Positions 40,959 to 51,571 are shown, counted from the whole stretch's first letter. The stretch: 60,437 bases of DNA, filler included, from 4 parts of 4 records of this genome joined end to end with filler, not necessarily neighbours in it, one strand, 5' to 3'. Made by a program: numbers and translations. Notes: generated from the sequence alone by a model not told the origin.

Positions 40959-41660
40959 TTACTCAGAAACCTTTAGCCTTACTTTAGAAGCATTAAAGTC
41001 TAGTTCATCGATATGTCCCAATACTTGACGATCGTCTGAGATAAAATGCGCATGGAAAAAGCTATCATGATGCGTAAAAACAGCCTTGTGATTTCGAGAA
41101 AAGAAACCTATTAAAGATCCGCTAATATTTTTGAAATCATACTGGGTTAATCCTTGGTGAGCTTCATCTGGTGAAGTCACTTGCTCACCCTCAGGTAAAT
41201 TTACACTATGAAGTTTCATTTTACTAAAAACCCCATCAATACGAATCAATAAGGGTTGGTCATAATTTTTGTACACTGAATCTATGTAATTCTCTATGCT
41301 GTGTAGTGCGTAATATGTCGAAGGAAGATTAACTGCTTTTAAATTACTATTTGTAGTGTACACAAAAAAGGGTGCACTAGCAGATGGACTTTTAGAGACC
41401 TTATGTGAAATACTATCGACTACTTTTGAAACAAATGTTTGTCCTTCAAACAACACTATTTCTCCTTTCAAAAATTCAATAGGTCCCAACCCATAGGTTG
41501 CTTTGTTATTTAATGAATCTGTTGCAATCTTTGCTTTTAAATCTCCTTTCCACATGACATCACTCATTTTACCAACAACCTTGATAGAAGAAGTGTTTGT
41601 CAATTTTGTACATGAGGCTAACAAAAGCAAGGGAAAGATGTAAATAATATTTTTTAACAT
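40959..41660 (-). CDS. Alpha-acetolactate decarboxylase-family lipoprotein
   Basis: YGLGP...LKGEI, APFFV, G.LIGF, H.HF and GH.D motifs; LLASC lipobox. Confidence 0.75.
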   Translation of the reverse strand: MLKNIIYIFPLLLLASCTKLTNTSSIKVVGKMSDVMWKGDLKAKIATDSLNNKATYGLGPIEFLKGEIVLFEGQTFVSKVVDSISHKVSKSPSASAPFFVYTTNSNLKAVNLPSTYYALHSIENYIDSVYKNYDQPLLIRIDGVFSKMKLHSVNLPEGEQVTSPDEAHQGLTQYDFKNISGSLIGFFSRNHKAVFTHHDSFFHAHFISDDRQVLGHIDELDFNASKVRLKVSE

Positions 41661-41813
41661 GCTGTAAAAATATAAAAACGGCTAGACTTTAAAAAAGTAT
41701 AACCATTCTATTGTTTTAGTAAAAGGGAACAGGATTCTTTTTCTCGCGCTGCTCAAAAAAGGGCCTTGGGGGGAGGCTTTCCAAAGAAAAACAAGAAAAG
41801 GCTTTAAAAAAGA

Positions 41814-41844
41814 AAAGCACCCTAATGGGTGCTTTCTTGTTTTT
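41814..41844. terminator. Terminator-like hairpin
   Basis: AAAGCACCC-TAAT-GGGTGCTTT followed by a T-rich tract. Confidence 0.55.
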
Positions 41845-42083
41845 CTTTGTAGATAACTCTATTGAAATATCGAACATAAGTCTAACGCCAAGAGATATTT
41901 TAAACACAATCAAATCAATCAATTTTATTTTGGAAAGTTGAACTAATATGATTTTGATTATCTCTCACCCTATTATTCAAAGCTGCAGCAAAACTGAAGC
42001 GATTGTTTACTTAACTACCTGCAAAAGGAGTTCCAAAAAGACCTACTGCCAACTCTGCCCACAGATAAAGAAAAAACAAAATA

Positions 42084-42183
42084 NNNNNNNNNNNNNNNNN
42101 NNNNNNNNNNNNNNNNNNNNNNNNNNNTTAATTAATTAANNNNNNNNNNNNNNNNNNNNNNNNNNNNNNNNNNNNNNNNNNNN
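42084..42183. other. Artificial contig linker N44-TTAATTAATTAA-N44
   Basis: Same 100-bp spacer as at 17316. Confidence 0.97.
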
Positions 42184-42706
42184 GAATAAAGTTTTTGAAA
42201 TAATTGAAGCAAAAAAAATTTTTAATTTAAGATACAATCAATTAGAAATTTTAGTTCACCCTAAATCTTACGTCCATGCTTTAGTTAAATTTAATAATGG
42301 GTTACTCAAAATATTAGTTCATGATACTGACATGACTATACCAATTTTTAACTCATTATATCAAAATAATGAAAAAAAAATTAAATCAAAAAAAATTGAT
42401 ATTTCATTATTAAACAATCTAAACCTCGAGAATGTGGATACAAAAAAATTTCCAATAATTAAATTAATTGAAACTCTTCCAGAACAAGAGTCACTTTTTG
42501 AAACAATAATTGTAAGTGCAAATGATTGTTTAGTAAAAAATTTTTTAAATAACAAATTAAGCTTTTTAGATATTTATAAAATTTTATCAAAAATTATTAA
42601 AAAAAAAGAATTTCAAAAATATAAGTCAATTAAGCCCAGAAACATTGGTCAAATTAGGTCATTAAATGATTATGTAAGTTTAAAAATTGACACTTTATGT
42701 GTATAA
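42184..42706 (+). CDS. dxr: 1-deoxy-D-xylulose-5-phosphate reductoisomerase (5' truncated)
   Basis: The frame from 42185 reads NKVFEIIEA...ILVHPKSYVHA...DMTIPI...KFP...SAND, matching the Dxr C-terminal half. Confidence 0.9.
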
Positions 42707-42716
42707 GCTTCAGGTA

Positions 42717-44957
42717 ATGAACAAAATTTTTATAATATTTTTTTTCTTTATATCATTAGTCTCTAATGCTCTTGCTGACATTATTAACGACATTGAAGTA
42801 AAAGGAAACTTAAGACTTTCAAAACAATCTATTATAATTTTTAGTGGCTTAAATATTAACCAAGATTATAATTCTGATGATTTAAATATTGCTATTAAAA
42901 AATTAGATAAAACAGATTTTTTTAACAAAATAGATTTTAAAATTATCAATGACACTCTTTTAATTGAAGTCGTCGAAAATCCCATCATTGAAGATTTACA
43001 AATAAGAGGTGTTAAAAGCAAAAGTTTTGTAAAAGCTTTAAATGAAAAAATGGTACTTAAAAATAGAAAACCTTTTAAAGATTCTACTTATCAGTCTGAT
43101 TTAAATTTAATTAAAAATATAATTAAACAAAATGGATATTATTTCTCAAAAATAGAAACTTCCCTAACACGTGATAATGATCGTAATACAATTAGAATTT
43201 TTTATGACATTGATTTAGGAAAAAAAGCTAAGATTAGTGAAATTATTTTCTTAGGTGATAAAAAATTAAAAGATAGAAAACTTAGAAATGTTATTGCATC
43301 CGAAACTTCTAAACCATGGAAATTTATTTCTAATAAAGTTTATCTTGATGAACAAAGAATTAAACTTGATAAAAGATTACTTACGAACTATTACAAAAAC
43401 AAAGGTTATTATTTATCAAAAATTAATGACACATTCGTTGAGTCCCAAAAAAATAATTCATTTAAATTAGTTTTTAATATTGAAGCTGGAGAAAAATTTT
43501 TTTTTAATGATCTTAAGCTAGAGCTTCCAACAGATTTTAATAAAGATCATTTTAGAGATATCACCAAAGTGTTAAATAAATTAAAAGGAAAAAAATATTC
43601 ACTTAATAACATTGAAAAAATTTTAGACGAAGTTGATAAAATTGCTCTTTCTAAACAATATGAATTTGTTAATGCAAAAATTAAGGAAAAAATAATTGAT
43701 AAGAATAAATTAGATTTTGTTATTACAATGGAAGAGACCGAAAAATTCTATGTAGAAAAAATTAATATATCTGGAAATAACATTACTTTAGAGGAAGTAT
43801 TACGAAACACTTTAATTGTTGATGAGGGTGATCCTTATAATAAAATTTTATTTAATAAATCTATCAGCAAAATGAAAAGTAAAAATATTTTTTCAAAAAT
43901 AAAAACTGAAATTACCAATGGAAATGAAGCAAATTTAAAAATCATTGATATAATTGTTGAGGAAAAACCAACTGGTGAAATCTCATTAGGTGCTGGTGTT
44001 GGTACAAACGGTTCAAGTGTAGGTGGTGGTATAAAAGAGAATAATTTTTTGGGAAAAGGTATTAAACTTGATACCAATCTGATGGTTAGTGATGATAGTA
44101 TAAAAGGTAAATTTACCTATTTGAAACCAAATTTTGGTTATGGTGATAATGATTTATTTACTTCTATTGAAAGCTCTTCTACAGACAATTTGACTGAAAG
44201 TGGCTACAAAACTTCCAACCTAGGCTTTAGTTTTGGTACAAGATTTGAGCAATATGAAAATCTTTTTTTCAGTCCATCACTGATTACAGATGTAGAAAAA
44301 CTTACAACAACCTCAACTGCATCTACTGCTATAAAAAAACAAGAGGGAAATTATTTTGATGTTAATTTTGCATATTCTTTAGATTACGATTTAAGAGATA
44401 GAAGTTATCAACCAACAGATGGTTATAATACCTCTTTATATCAAAGTATTCCTTTAGTTTCAGATCAAAATGAAATTATTAATGGTTTTGAAATTAATAA
44501 ATATAAATCTTTAGTATCTGATATGGTAGGTAAAATAAGTTTATTTGGTAGAGCAGCAAATTCAATCTCAGGAGATGATGTAAGATTATCAAAAAGACTT
44601 TTTATACCAAGTCGAAAATTAAGAGGATTTGAAAACGGCAAAATTGGACCTACTGATAATAATGACTATGTTGGTGGTAATTATGCAGCTAGCTTAAATA
44701 TATCAACAACACTTCCTCAAATCCTTCCATCTTTTCAAAATACTGATTTTAATATTTTTTTTGATGCTGCCAATGTTTGGGGTGTTGATTATGACAGTAG
44801 TATCGATGAGTCTAATGTTATAAGAAGTTCTGTTGGTGTTGCCATGGACGTACTAACACCGATTGGACCCTTGAATTTTTCATTTGCACAACCTGTTACT
44901 AAAAAAAGCTCAGATAAAACTGAGACTTTTAGATTTAATATTGGAACTACATTTTAA
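42717..44957 (+). CDS. bamA: Outer membrane protein assembly factor BamA
   Basis: POTRA repeats, EKPTG, LRGF (VRGF-like) and TPIGP motifs; C-terminal FRFNIGTTF. Confidence 0.95.
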   Translation: MNKIFIIFFFFISLVSNALADIINDIEVKGNLRLSKQSIIIFSGLNINQDYNSDDLNIAIKKLDKTDFFNKIDFKIINDTLLIEVVENPIIEDLQIRGVKSKSFVKALNEKMVLKNRKPFKDSTYQSDLNLIKNIIKQNGYYFSKIETSLTRDNDRNTIRIFYDIDLGKKAKISEIIFLGDKKLKDRKLRNVIASETSKPWKFISNKVYLDEQRIKLDKRLLTNYYKNKGYYLSKINDTFVESQKNNSFKLVFNIEAGEKFFFNDLKLELPTDFNKDHFRDITKVLNKLKGKKYSLNNIEKILDEVDKIALSKQYEFVNAKIKEKIIDKNKLDFVITMEETEKFYVEKINISGNNITLEEVLRNTLIVDEGDPYNKILFNKSISKMKSKNIFSKIKTEITNGNEANLKIIDIIVEEKPTGEISLGAGVGTNGSSVGGGIKENNFLGKGIKLDTNLMVSDDSIKGKFTYLKPNFGYGDNDLFTSIESSSTDNLTESGYKTSNLGFSFGTRFEQYENLFFSPSLITDVEKLTTTSTASTAIKKQEGNYFDVNFAYSLDYDLRDRSYQPTDGYNTSLYQSIPLVSDQNEIINGFEINKYKSLVSDMVGKISLFGRAANSISGDDVRLSKRLFIPSRKLRGFENGKIGPTDNNDYVGGNYAASLNISTTLPQILPSFQNTDFNIFFDAANVWGVDYDSSIDESNVIRSSVGVAMDVLTPIGPLNFSFAQPVTKKSSDKTETFRFNIGTTF

Positions 44958-45487
44958 TGATATTTAGAAAAATATATAAATACTTAAGTGTAATAATATT
45001 ATTAACGATAACAACAAACACACATGGAGAAATCAAAATTGCTTATTTTGATCTAGATTTTGTTATGTCAAAATCAAAAGCTGGTATTTCAATCTCCAAA
45101 CAAATCACAAGTATAAAAAAAAATGGCATTGCCAAGTTAAACAAAGCAGAAAAAGATTTAAATGCTAAAGATCAAAAATTAATTTCTCAAAAAAATATTT
45201 TATCAAAAGAAGATTTTGCAAAACAAGTAAAAAACTTAAGAAAAGAAGCACTTGAATATCAAAACCTCAGACAAAAATTAATAAAAGAATCCAATGATCA
45301 ATTAATAAAGGCCAAATCAGAACTTGTACAAAAATTACAACCTATTTTAGCAAAATATTCACAAAATAATGACTTGTCATTAATTTTACAAAAAAAAATG
45401 GTGGTGATTGGCAAAACTGAACTTGATGTAACTAAAGATATATTAGAGTTAGCTAATAAAGAAATTAAAGATATCAAAGTAAAGTAG
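44957..45487 (+). CDS. skp: OmpH/Skp periplasmic chaperone
   Basis: KIAYFD...V...SKAG, coiled coil and D.T..IL; follows bamA. Confidence 0.85.
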   Translation: MIFRKIYKYLSVIILLTITTNTHGEIKIAYFDLDFVMSKSKAGISISKQITSIKKNGIAKLNKAEKDLNAKDQKLISQKNILSKEDFAKQVKNLRKEALEYQNLRQKLIKESNDQLIKAKSELVQKLQPILAKYSQNNDLSLILQKKMVVIGKTELDVTKDILELANKEIKDIKVK

Positions 45488-45492
45488 TAAAA

Positions 45493-45942
45493 ATGTCAAA
45501 TTCTTTAAATAAAGAACAGATAATAAATTTACTTCCACATAGAGAGCCAATGCTTTTAATTGACGAATTAATTAACATTAAAAAACTTTTTTCTGCTACA
45601 GCCATTGTTAATGTTAGAAAAGATAGTTTCTTTGTGCAGGGACATTTTCCTGGAAATCCTGTAATGCCTGGTGTTTTAATTGTAGAGGCGTTTGGGCAAG
45701 CGGCTGCAGCTTTAACTGCTGCTGGTATTGATAAAGAAACTTATGAGAATAAGTTAGTTTTTTTAATGGGCATTGAAAAAGCAAGGTTCAGAAACCCGGT
45801 TATCCCAGATTGCAGATTAGAATTGAATATTGAGGCCACGAGATCACATGGAAAAGTATGGAAGTATAAGGGTGAAGCCTTTGTTGAAGGAAAAAAAATG
45901 GCAGATGCACAGTGGTCTGCAACTATTGTTGATAGAAAATAA
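45493..45942 (+). CDS. fabZ: 3-hydroxyacyl-ACP dehydratase
   Basis: LPHR.PMLLID and GHFP..PVMPGVL..EA..Q motifs. Confidence 0.95.
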   Translation: MSNSLNKEQIINLLPHREPMLLIDELINIKKLFSATAIVNVRKDSFFVQGHFPGNPVMPGVLIVEAFGQAAAALTAAGIDKETYENKLVFLMGIEKARFRNPVIPDCRLELNIEATRSHGKVWKYKGEAFVEGKKMADAQWSATIVDRK

Positions 45943-45998
45943 TCAGTAATATTTCTTGATAAGTATTTTCATTTTTATTTGATAAATAAACTTAAATA

Positions 45999-46979
45999 AT
46001 GATTAATCCATTTTTTAAGAACAAAGGTCCTTTCGATATAGCCAAACTATTAAAGCTTGCATCAATTGATAATATTGAAAATTTTAATAAGTCTAAAGTT
46101 AAAAATATTAATGATTTAGTTACTGCAAATATTAATGAGATTACTTTTTTTCATTCAAAAAAATATGAATCACTAGCTTCTAAAACTAAAGCTTCTTATT
46201 GTATTACTAGCAAAAACTTATCAAACTTGTTACCTGCTAGTTGTAAAAAAATAATTGTTGATAATGTATTGATTGCAACTGCGCAAATTACTAAAATATT
46301 TTACCCAAACTCAATAACAGATGATTTTGATAATACAGTAAAAAATATTAAAAAAACTTCATCATCTAAAAAAATTAAATTTGGTCAGAATGTTTTAATT
46401 GGTAAAAATGTAAAGATAGGAAAAAATTGTTTAATTGGTCACAACTCAATTATAGAAAGTAATGTAGTGATAGGGGATAATTGTTCGATAGGTTCTAATG
46501 TAATAATTAGAAAAACCCTAGTAGGTAATAATGTAAATATATTAGATGGTTGTGTTATAGGGAAAAAAGGTTTTGGTTTTTTTCCGGATAAAAAAAAAAA
46601 TTTTAGATATCCACATATTGGTATAGTTATAATAGAAGATAATTCTGAAATTGGATGTGGTGCAACTATTGATAGAGGCTCTTTATCAAATACAATTATT
46701 GGTAAAAATACATTTATAGACAATCAGGTTCATATTGCTCATAACAACAAGATTGGTAACAACTGTATTATTGCTGGACAAGTTGGTTTTGCAGGGAGTT
46801 CATCGCTAGGAGACAATGTTATGATAGGTGGACAAGCTGGTATTTCAGGACATTTAAATATTGGGAGCAATGTCCAAATAGGGGGCGGTAGTGGTGTTAT
46901 TAAAAATATACCAAATGATTCAAAAGTTATGGGATATCCTGCAACAGACTTAAGAAGATTTATAAAAGAAAATAAATGA
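45999..46979 (+). CDS. lpxD: UDP-3-O-acyl-glucosamine N-acyltransferase
   Basis: Hexapeptide repeats; GFGF, IDRG and DNQVHIAHN motifs. Confidence 0.95.
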   Translation: MINPFFKNKGPFDIAKLLKLASIDNIENFNKSKVKNINDLVTANINEITFFHSKKYESLASKTKASYCITSKNLSNLLPASCKKIIVDNVLIATAQITKIFYPNSITDDFDNTVKNIKKTSSSKKIKFGQNVLIGKNVKIGKNCLIGHNSIIESNVVIGDNCSIGSNVIIRKTLVGNNVNILDGCVIGKKGFGFFPDKKKNFRYPHIGIVIIEDNSEIGCGATIDRGSLSNTIIGKNTFIDNQVHIAHNNKIGNNCIIAGQVGFAGSSSLGDNVMIGGQAGISGHLNIGSNVQIGGGSGVIKNIPNDSKVMGYPATDLRRFIKENK

Positions 46980-47758
46980 TACATAAAACAGCTATAATTG
47001 ACTCTAAGGCAAAAATTTCTACCAATGTAGAGATTGGGCCTTATGCAACAATTGGACCAAATGTAGAAATTGGAGAAAATACTCTAATCCAATCTCATGT
47101 AAATATTACTGGGAACACCACTATTGGAAAAGGAAATAAACTTTATTCATTTGCGTCAATAGGAAGTGATCCACAAGATTTGAAGTATAAAGGTGAAGAA
47201 ACTACACTTTTAATTGGTGATAATAATACTATTAGAGAGCACGTAACGATAAATACTGGTACTGTACAAGGAGGTGGGTTAACTAAGATAGGAAATAATA
47301 ATTTAATAATGATTGGTGCACATATTGCGCACGACTGTATTATTGGTAATAATATTGTCATGGCCAACAATACTGCTATAGCTGGCCATGCAGAAATTGA
47401 AGATTTTGTAATCATAGGAGCAAAATGTGGAGTCCAACAATTTACGAGAATTGGTAAAAGGGCAATGATAGGTGGTATGACAGGTGTATTAAGAGATGTA
47501 ATCCCATATGGCTTATCGACAGGTAATAGAAATTATCTAAATGGAATTAATGTTGTTGGTTTAAGGAGAGACAAAGTATCTAATAAAGATATTTTGGGAC
47601 TTACAGATGCCTATAAAGAAATTTTTAAAACTGAAGTTCTTAGTGAAAACTTAAAGAATCTTAACGGAAAATATACAGATAACCCTTTAGTTAAAGATGT
47701 TTTGGATTTTATAAATAAAGACAAAAAAAGACCAATTTGCACCCCATTTTTAAAATAA
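46976..47758 (+). CDS. lpxA: UDP-N-acetylglucosamine acyltransferase
   Basis: PQDLKY, IRE..TI..GT, HIAHDC and G.N..GLRR motifs. Confidence 0.96.
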   Translation: MIHKTAIIDSKAKISTNVEIGPYATIGPNVEIGENTLIQSHVNITGNTTIGKGNKLYSFASIGSDPQDLKYKGEETTLLIGDNNTIREHVTINTGTVQGGGLTKIGNNNLIMIGAHIAHDCIIGNNIVMANNTAIAGHAEIEDFVIIGAKCGVQQFTRIGKRAMIGGMTGVLRDVIPYGLSTGNRNYLNGINVVGLRRDKVSNKDILGLTDAYKEIFKTEVLSENLKNLNGKYTDNPLVKDVLDFINKDKKRPICTPFLK

Positions 47759-48550
47759 ATGATTGGTTTATTCTTAGGTAGTACAGACTTTCCACAAATA
47801 GTACTAAAAACTTTAAAAAAAGAAAATAAGAAATATTTCATAATTGATTTAAGTAAAAATAATCGTTTTAAAAATGATAAAAATGCTCATTTTATAAGTA
47901 TCGGAAAATTTGGACAAATTCTTAAGTTGATTAAAGGAAAAAAGTGCAACAAAGTTTTATTTGCTGGCAAAATTGATAAGCCAAGAATATCTAATTTGAA
48001 ATTAGATATTAAGGGTATTTATTACATACCAAGAATAATTAGAGCTTCAAAATTGGGTGATGCAGCTATCTTAAAAGAATTGATTAAAATTTTAGCTGAA
48101 AATAAAATCAGAGTTATTAAATCAAATTTTTATAATCCAGAATTAACATTGTCAAAAGGTAACTTTACTAAAATTAAACCCCATAAAATAGACTTAATTA
48201 ATATAAGAAAAGGAATTAAATCATTAAAAAGTTTGAGTGCTCATAATCACGTACAAGGTTTAATTATAAGGAATAACTTTGTCATTGCCAAAGAGACCTC
48301 AAAAGGAACAAAAAAAATGATTCTATCAATTAAAAAAAGTAAAAAAATTAAAGCTATTTTGATTAAATTACCCAAAAAAAAACAAGATATTCGAGTTGAT
48401 TTGCCAACCGTTGGCCTTGATACATTGAAGGACTGTAAAAAAGTAAATATTGGTGGAATTGTATTAAAAGCTAATCAAAATATTTTTTTAGATAAAGTTA
48501 AATGTATAAACTTTGCTAATAAAAATAAAATATTTATCAAAACAATATGA
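47759..48550 (+). CDS. lpxI: UDP-2,3-diacylglucosamine diphosphatase LpxI family
   Basis: AGKI.KP, GD..IL and K..QD.R.DLPTVG..T motifs; position between lpxA and lpxB. Confidence 0.85.
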   Translation: MIGLFLGSTDFPQIVLKTLKKENKKYFIIDLSKNNRFKNDKNAHFISIGKFGQILKLIKGKKCNKVLFAGKIDKPRISNLKLDIKGIYYIPRIIRASKLGDAAILKELIKILAENKIRVIKSNFYNPELTLSKGNFTKIKPHKIDLINIRKGIKSLKSLSAHNHVQGLIIRNNFVIAKETSKGTKKMILSIKKSKKIKAILIKLPKKKQDIRVDLPTVGLDTLKDCKKVNIGGIVLKANQNIFLDKVKCINFANKNKIFIKTI

Positions 48551-49677
48551 AAAGAATTTTTATATTAACTGGCGAACCTTCCGGAGATAAGTTAGCCTCC
48601 ACGGTTATATCTAAATTAAAGACTATACAACCAGATATTGAATATTTGTCTGTTGGGGGCAATCATTTAAAATCATTAGGTATAAATTCAATTTTTAATC
48701 TTAAAGAAATTACATACTTGGGTTTTACAAGTGTTTTATTAAACATCTTTAAAATAAGAAATAAGATCAATAAAACAGTAGAAGAAATTATTAAATTTAA
48801 CCCTGATATATTATTTAGCGTTGATAGCCCAGATTTTACATTAAGAGTTGCTGAACGAGTTAAGAAAATTAACAATAATATAAAAACTGTACATTATGTT
48901 GCACCACAAGTGTGGATATGGAGAGAGGGCAGAGTTAAGAAATTTAAAAAATTTGTAGATCACATGCTACTATTATTTAACTTTGAAAAAACTTTTTTTG
49001 ATAAAGAAAATATTACCAATACTTTTGTTGGTCATCCTTTACTGGAACAAGATAATAAAACTAAAACAGATCTTTCATCATTAATAGACAAAGAAAAAAA
49101 AATTATCTCAATTTTTGCTGGAAGTCGTAATTCTGAAACCAATGTGCTTTTACCAATTTTATCAGAATTTATCAAACTGATGAATAATAAATCTAATAAT
49201 TATGCTTTTATTTTTCATGGCACTAATGAAAATAGAAATTTAATTAACGATTTTATTAAAAATGATAAAATAGAAAATTCTCAAGTAGTTTCAGATGAAA
49301 TCATAAAATCTCAAGTTTTAAATAATTCTATATTTGCAGTTGCAAAGTCAGGTACTGTTTCTTTAGAAATTTGTAATGCAAATGTTCCATCTATAATTAT
49401 TTACAAAATTAATATGATCAACTATTTTTTAATGAAATCTTTAGTAAAAGTACGTTTTGCAAATATAATCAATATAATTAATAATAAAGAAATTATTCCA
49501 GAGCTCTTACAAAAAGAATGTAATCCAAAAGAAATATTCAATTCTGTAAATTATTTATTAAATCATCCCGATTTAATGAAATCACAATTAGAAGTGATAA
49601 AAAAAACATTAAATGATATTAAATCAGACACTTCATCTACTGAAAAAACTGCTAAAATTTTATCAGATTATTTTTAA
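48547..49677 (+). CDS. lpxB: Lipid-A-disaccharide synthase
   Basis: GEPSGD, DSPDF, YVAPQVW.WR, VGHP, GSR and SGT..LE motifs. Confidence 0.95.
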   Translation: MKRIFILTGEPSGDKLASTVISKLKTIQPDIEYLSVGGNHLKSLGINSIFNLKEITYLGFTSVLLNIFKIRNKINKTVEEIIKFNPDILFSVDSPDFTLRVAERVKKINNNIKTVHYVAPQVWIWREGRVKKFKKFVDHMLLLFNFEKTFFDKENITNTFVGHPLLEQDNKTKTDLSSLIDKEKKIISIFAGSRNSETNVLLPILSEFIKLMNNKSNNYAFIFHGTNENRNLINDFIKNDKIENSQVVSDEIIKSQVLNNSIFAVAKSGTVSLEICNANVPSIIIYKINMINYFLMKSLVKVRFANIINIINNKEIIPELLQKECNPKEIFNSVNYLLNHPDLMKSQLEVIKKTLNDIKSDTSSTEKTAKILSDYF

Positions 49678-49680
49678 GTA

Positions 49681-50485
49681 TTAGACTAACTTATTTAGCC
49701 TTTTTTCTACTTCAACTTTTCCTAAGGAAATAATTATATCATATATACCAGGACCAAATTTTGAACCTGTTAATATAATTCTTAATGGTTGACCAACGCT
49801 TTTAAAGTTTGTCTCATATGATTTGATTAAATCATTTAATATTGGTTCCAATGTTTCTTTAGTTAAATTCTCTACTGTAGAAAATTTTTTTGAAAAATCT
49901 GATATAATTTTTTTTGCATTATCATCAATTAGCTTAAAATCTTCTTGATTTAGGTCAACTTCATCAACAATTATATATTTAGCATTATTATAGATATCTT
50001 CTAGTGTCTTAGCTTTATTCTTAAGGAATGATAATGAGAGCTTAAGTTTGCTCTCTTTATCTGTATCAATTTTTTCTTTAAACAACTCACAATATTGAAG
50101 TAATTGATTGTATAGTTCATTTTCATCAATTGTTTTAATATAATGTTCATTCATTGAAAGAATACGGCTCATATCAAGTTTAGATGGGGATTTACCAATT
50201 CCTTTTAGATCAAAATATTTTATGCTTTCATCTAGAGTGAATATCTCCTTATCTTTGTAAGACCAGCCAAGTCTTAAAAGATAATTTCTTAGAGCATCTG
50301 GCATTATTCCAATTTTTGAATAGTCATCTAATGTTGATGCGTTGTCTCTTTTTGATAACTTTTTACCTTCAATGGTATGAATTAGAGGTATGTGAGCAAA
50401 CTGTGGTAAATCCCATTTCATAGCTATGTATATCTGCATTTGTTTAAAGGTATTAATTTTGTGATCATCTCCTCTAATAATGTGT
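49681..50485 (-). CDS. gltX: Glutamate--tRNA ligase (5' truncated)
   Basis: HIIRGDDH upstream of the annotated ORF; KLSKR, LGWS and PLR..LTG motifs. Confidence 0.95.
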
Positions 50486-50585
50486 NNNNNNNNNNNNNNN
50501 NNNNNNNNNNNNNNNNNNNNNNNNNNNNNTTAATTAATTAANNNNNNNNNNNNNNNNNNNNNNNNNNNNNNNNNNNNNNNNNNNN
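50486..50585. other. Artificial contig linker N44-TTAATTAATTAA-N44
   Basis: Same 100-bp spacer as at 17316. Confidence 0.97.
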
Positions 50586-51536
50586 AAAAATAAAATTGTT
50601 CAATTACTCAAATTTAATCCTAAAAAAAAATATTCAAAATACTTCAAATATTTGATTTGCATTCTTTTGTTAATTAAAGAAATCCTTATTTCAAAAAACT
50701 CTTTAGTTTTTTGTTTTCAAGCAAATATGTATTGTATTATTTTGAGTAAAATATTTAATTTTCGAATAATTGTAAGATCAAATTCTTCCCCGAGTGGTTG
50801 GAGTAATAATTATTTAAAAAATCTTATTTTTAGAAACCTTTTCAGTATTCCAAAATTTGTAATTGTAAATAGTCTTAATTTTAAAAAAGAATTAGATAGA
50901 AAATTTAATATTAAAGCTACAATGATTTATAACCCTTTAAATAAAAATGAAATTATTCAAAAATCTAAAAAAAAGGTTAACTTAAATTTTTTTAAAAAAG
51001 ATGATCTTAAATTAATTAATATAGCGAGATTCACGGATCAAAAAGATCACATTACCCTTTTAAAAAGCATTAATAAGACAAAGAAAATAATTAATATAAA
51101 ATTACTTATAATTGGTTATGGATCCAACGAAATGAAAATTAAGAATTATATAAAAGAAAATAATCTTCAGAAAATAATTAAAGTAATTAATTATCAAGAT
51201 AATCCTCATAAATACTTAAAGCTGGCCGATGCTTTGGTTCTTTCATCTTTATTTGAAGGTTTGCCCAATGTGATTTTAGAAGCTTTATGTCTCAAAAAGT
51301 TTGTTATTTCGACTGACTGTCCAACTGGTCCCAAGGAAATTTTATCAAACAGTAAATATGGTCTTTTATTTAAGGTAAAAGATTATAATCAACTATCTTC
51401 ACTTCTGTTAAAATATTATCAAAATAAAAAATTCTTCAATAAAAAAGCAATACAGGGATACAAAAGTTTACATAGATTTAATTATGAAAATAATTGTAAA
51501 AAATACTTAAAAGTAATTGAAGAATCTTTCAAATAA
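50586..51536 (+). CDS. GT4 glycosyltransferase (PglJ-like; 5' truncated)
   Basis: IYNP, AR...QKD, S..EGLPNVILEA and TDCPTGP.EI motifs; frame open from the contig start. Confidence 0.88.
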   Translation, partial: KNKIVQLLKFNPKKKYSKYFKYLICILLLIKEILISKNSLVFCFQANMYCIILSKIFNFRIIVRSNSSPSGWSNNYLKNLIFRNLFSIPKFVIVNSLNFKKELDRKFNIKATMIYNPLNKNEIIQKSKKKVNLNFFKKDDLKLINIARFTDQKDHITLLKSINKTKKIINIKLLIIGYGSNEMKIKNYIKENNLQKIIKVINYQDNPHKYLKLADALVLSSLFEGLPNVILEALCLKKFVISTDCPTGPKEILSNSKYGLLFKVKDYNQLSSLLLKYYQNKKFFNKKAIQGYKSLHRFNYENNCKKYLKVIEESFK

Positions 51537-51571
51537 ACTAATAGTGCCTCAATAAAATATTTAATATTCTT

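Noticed and set aside
41716..41922. 68-aa minus-strand ORF
   Set aside because: Low-complexity, runs through the hairpins and shows no homology cues.
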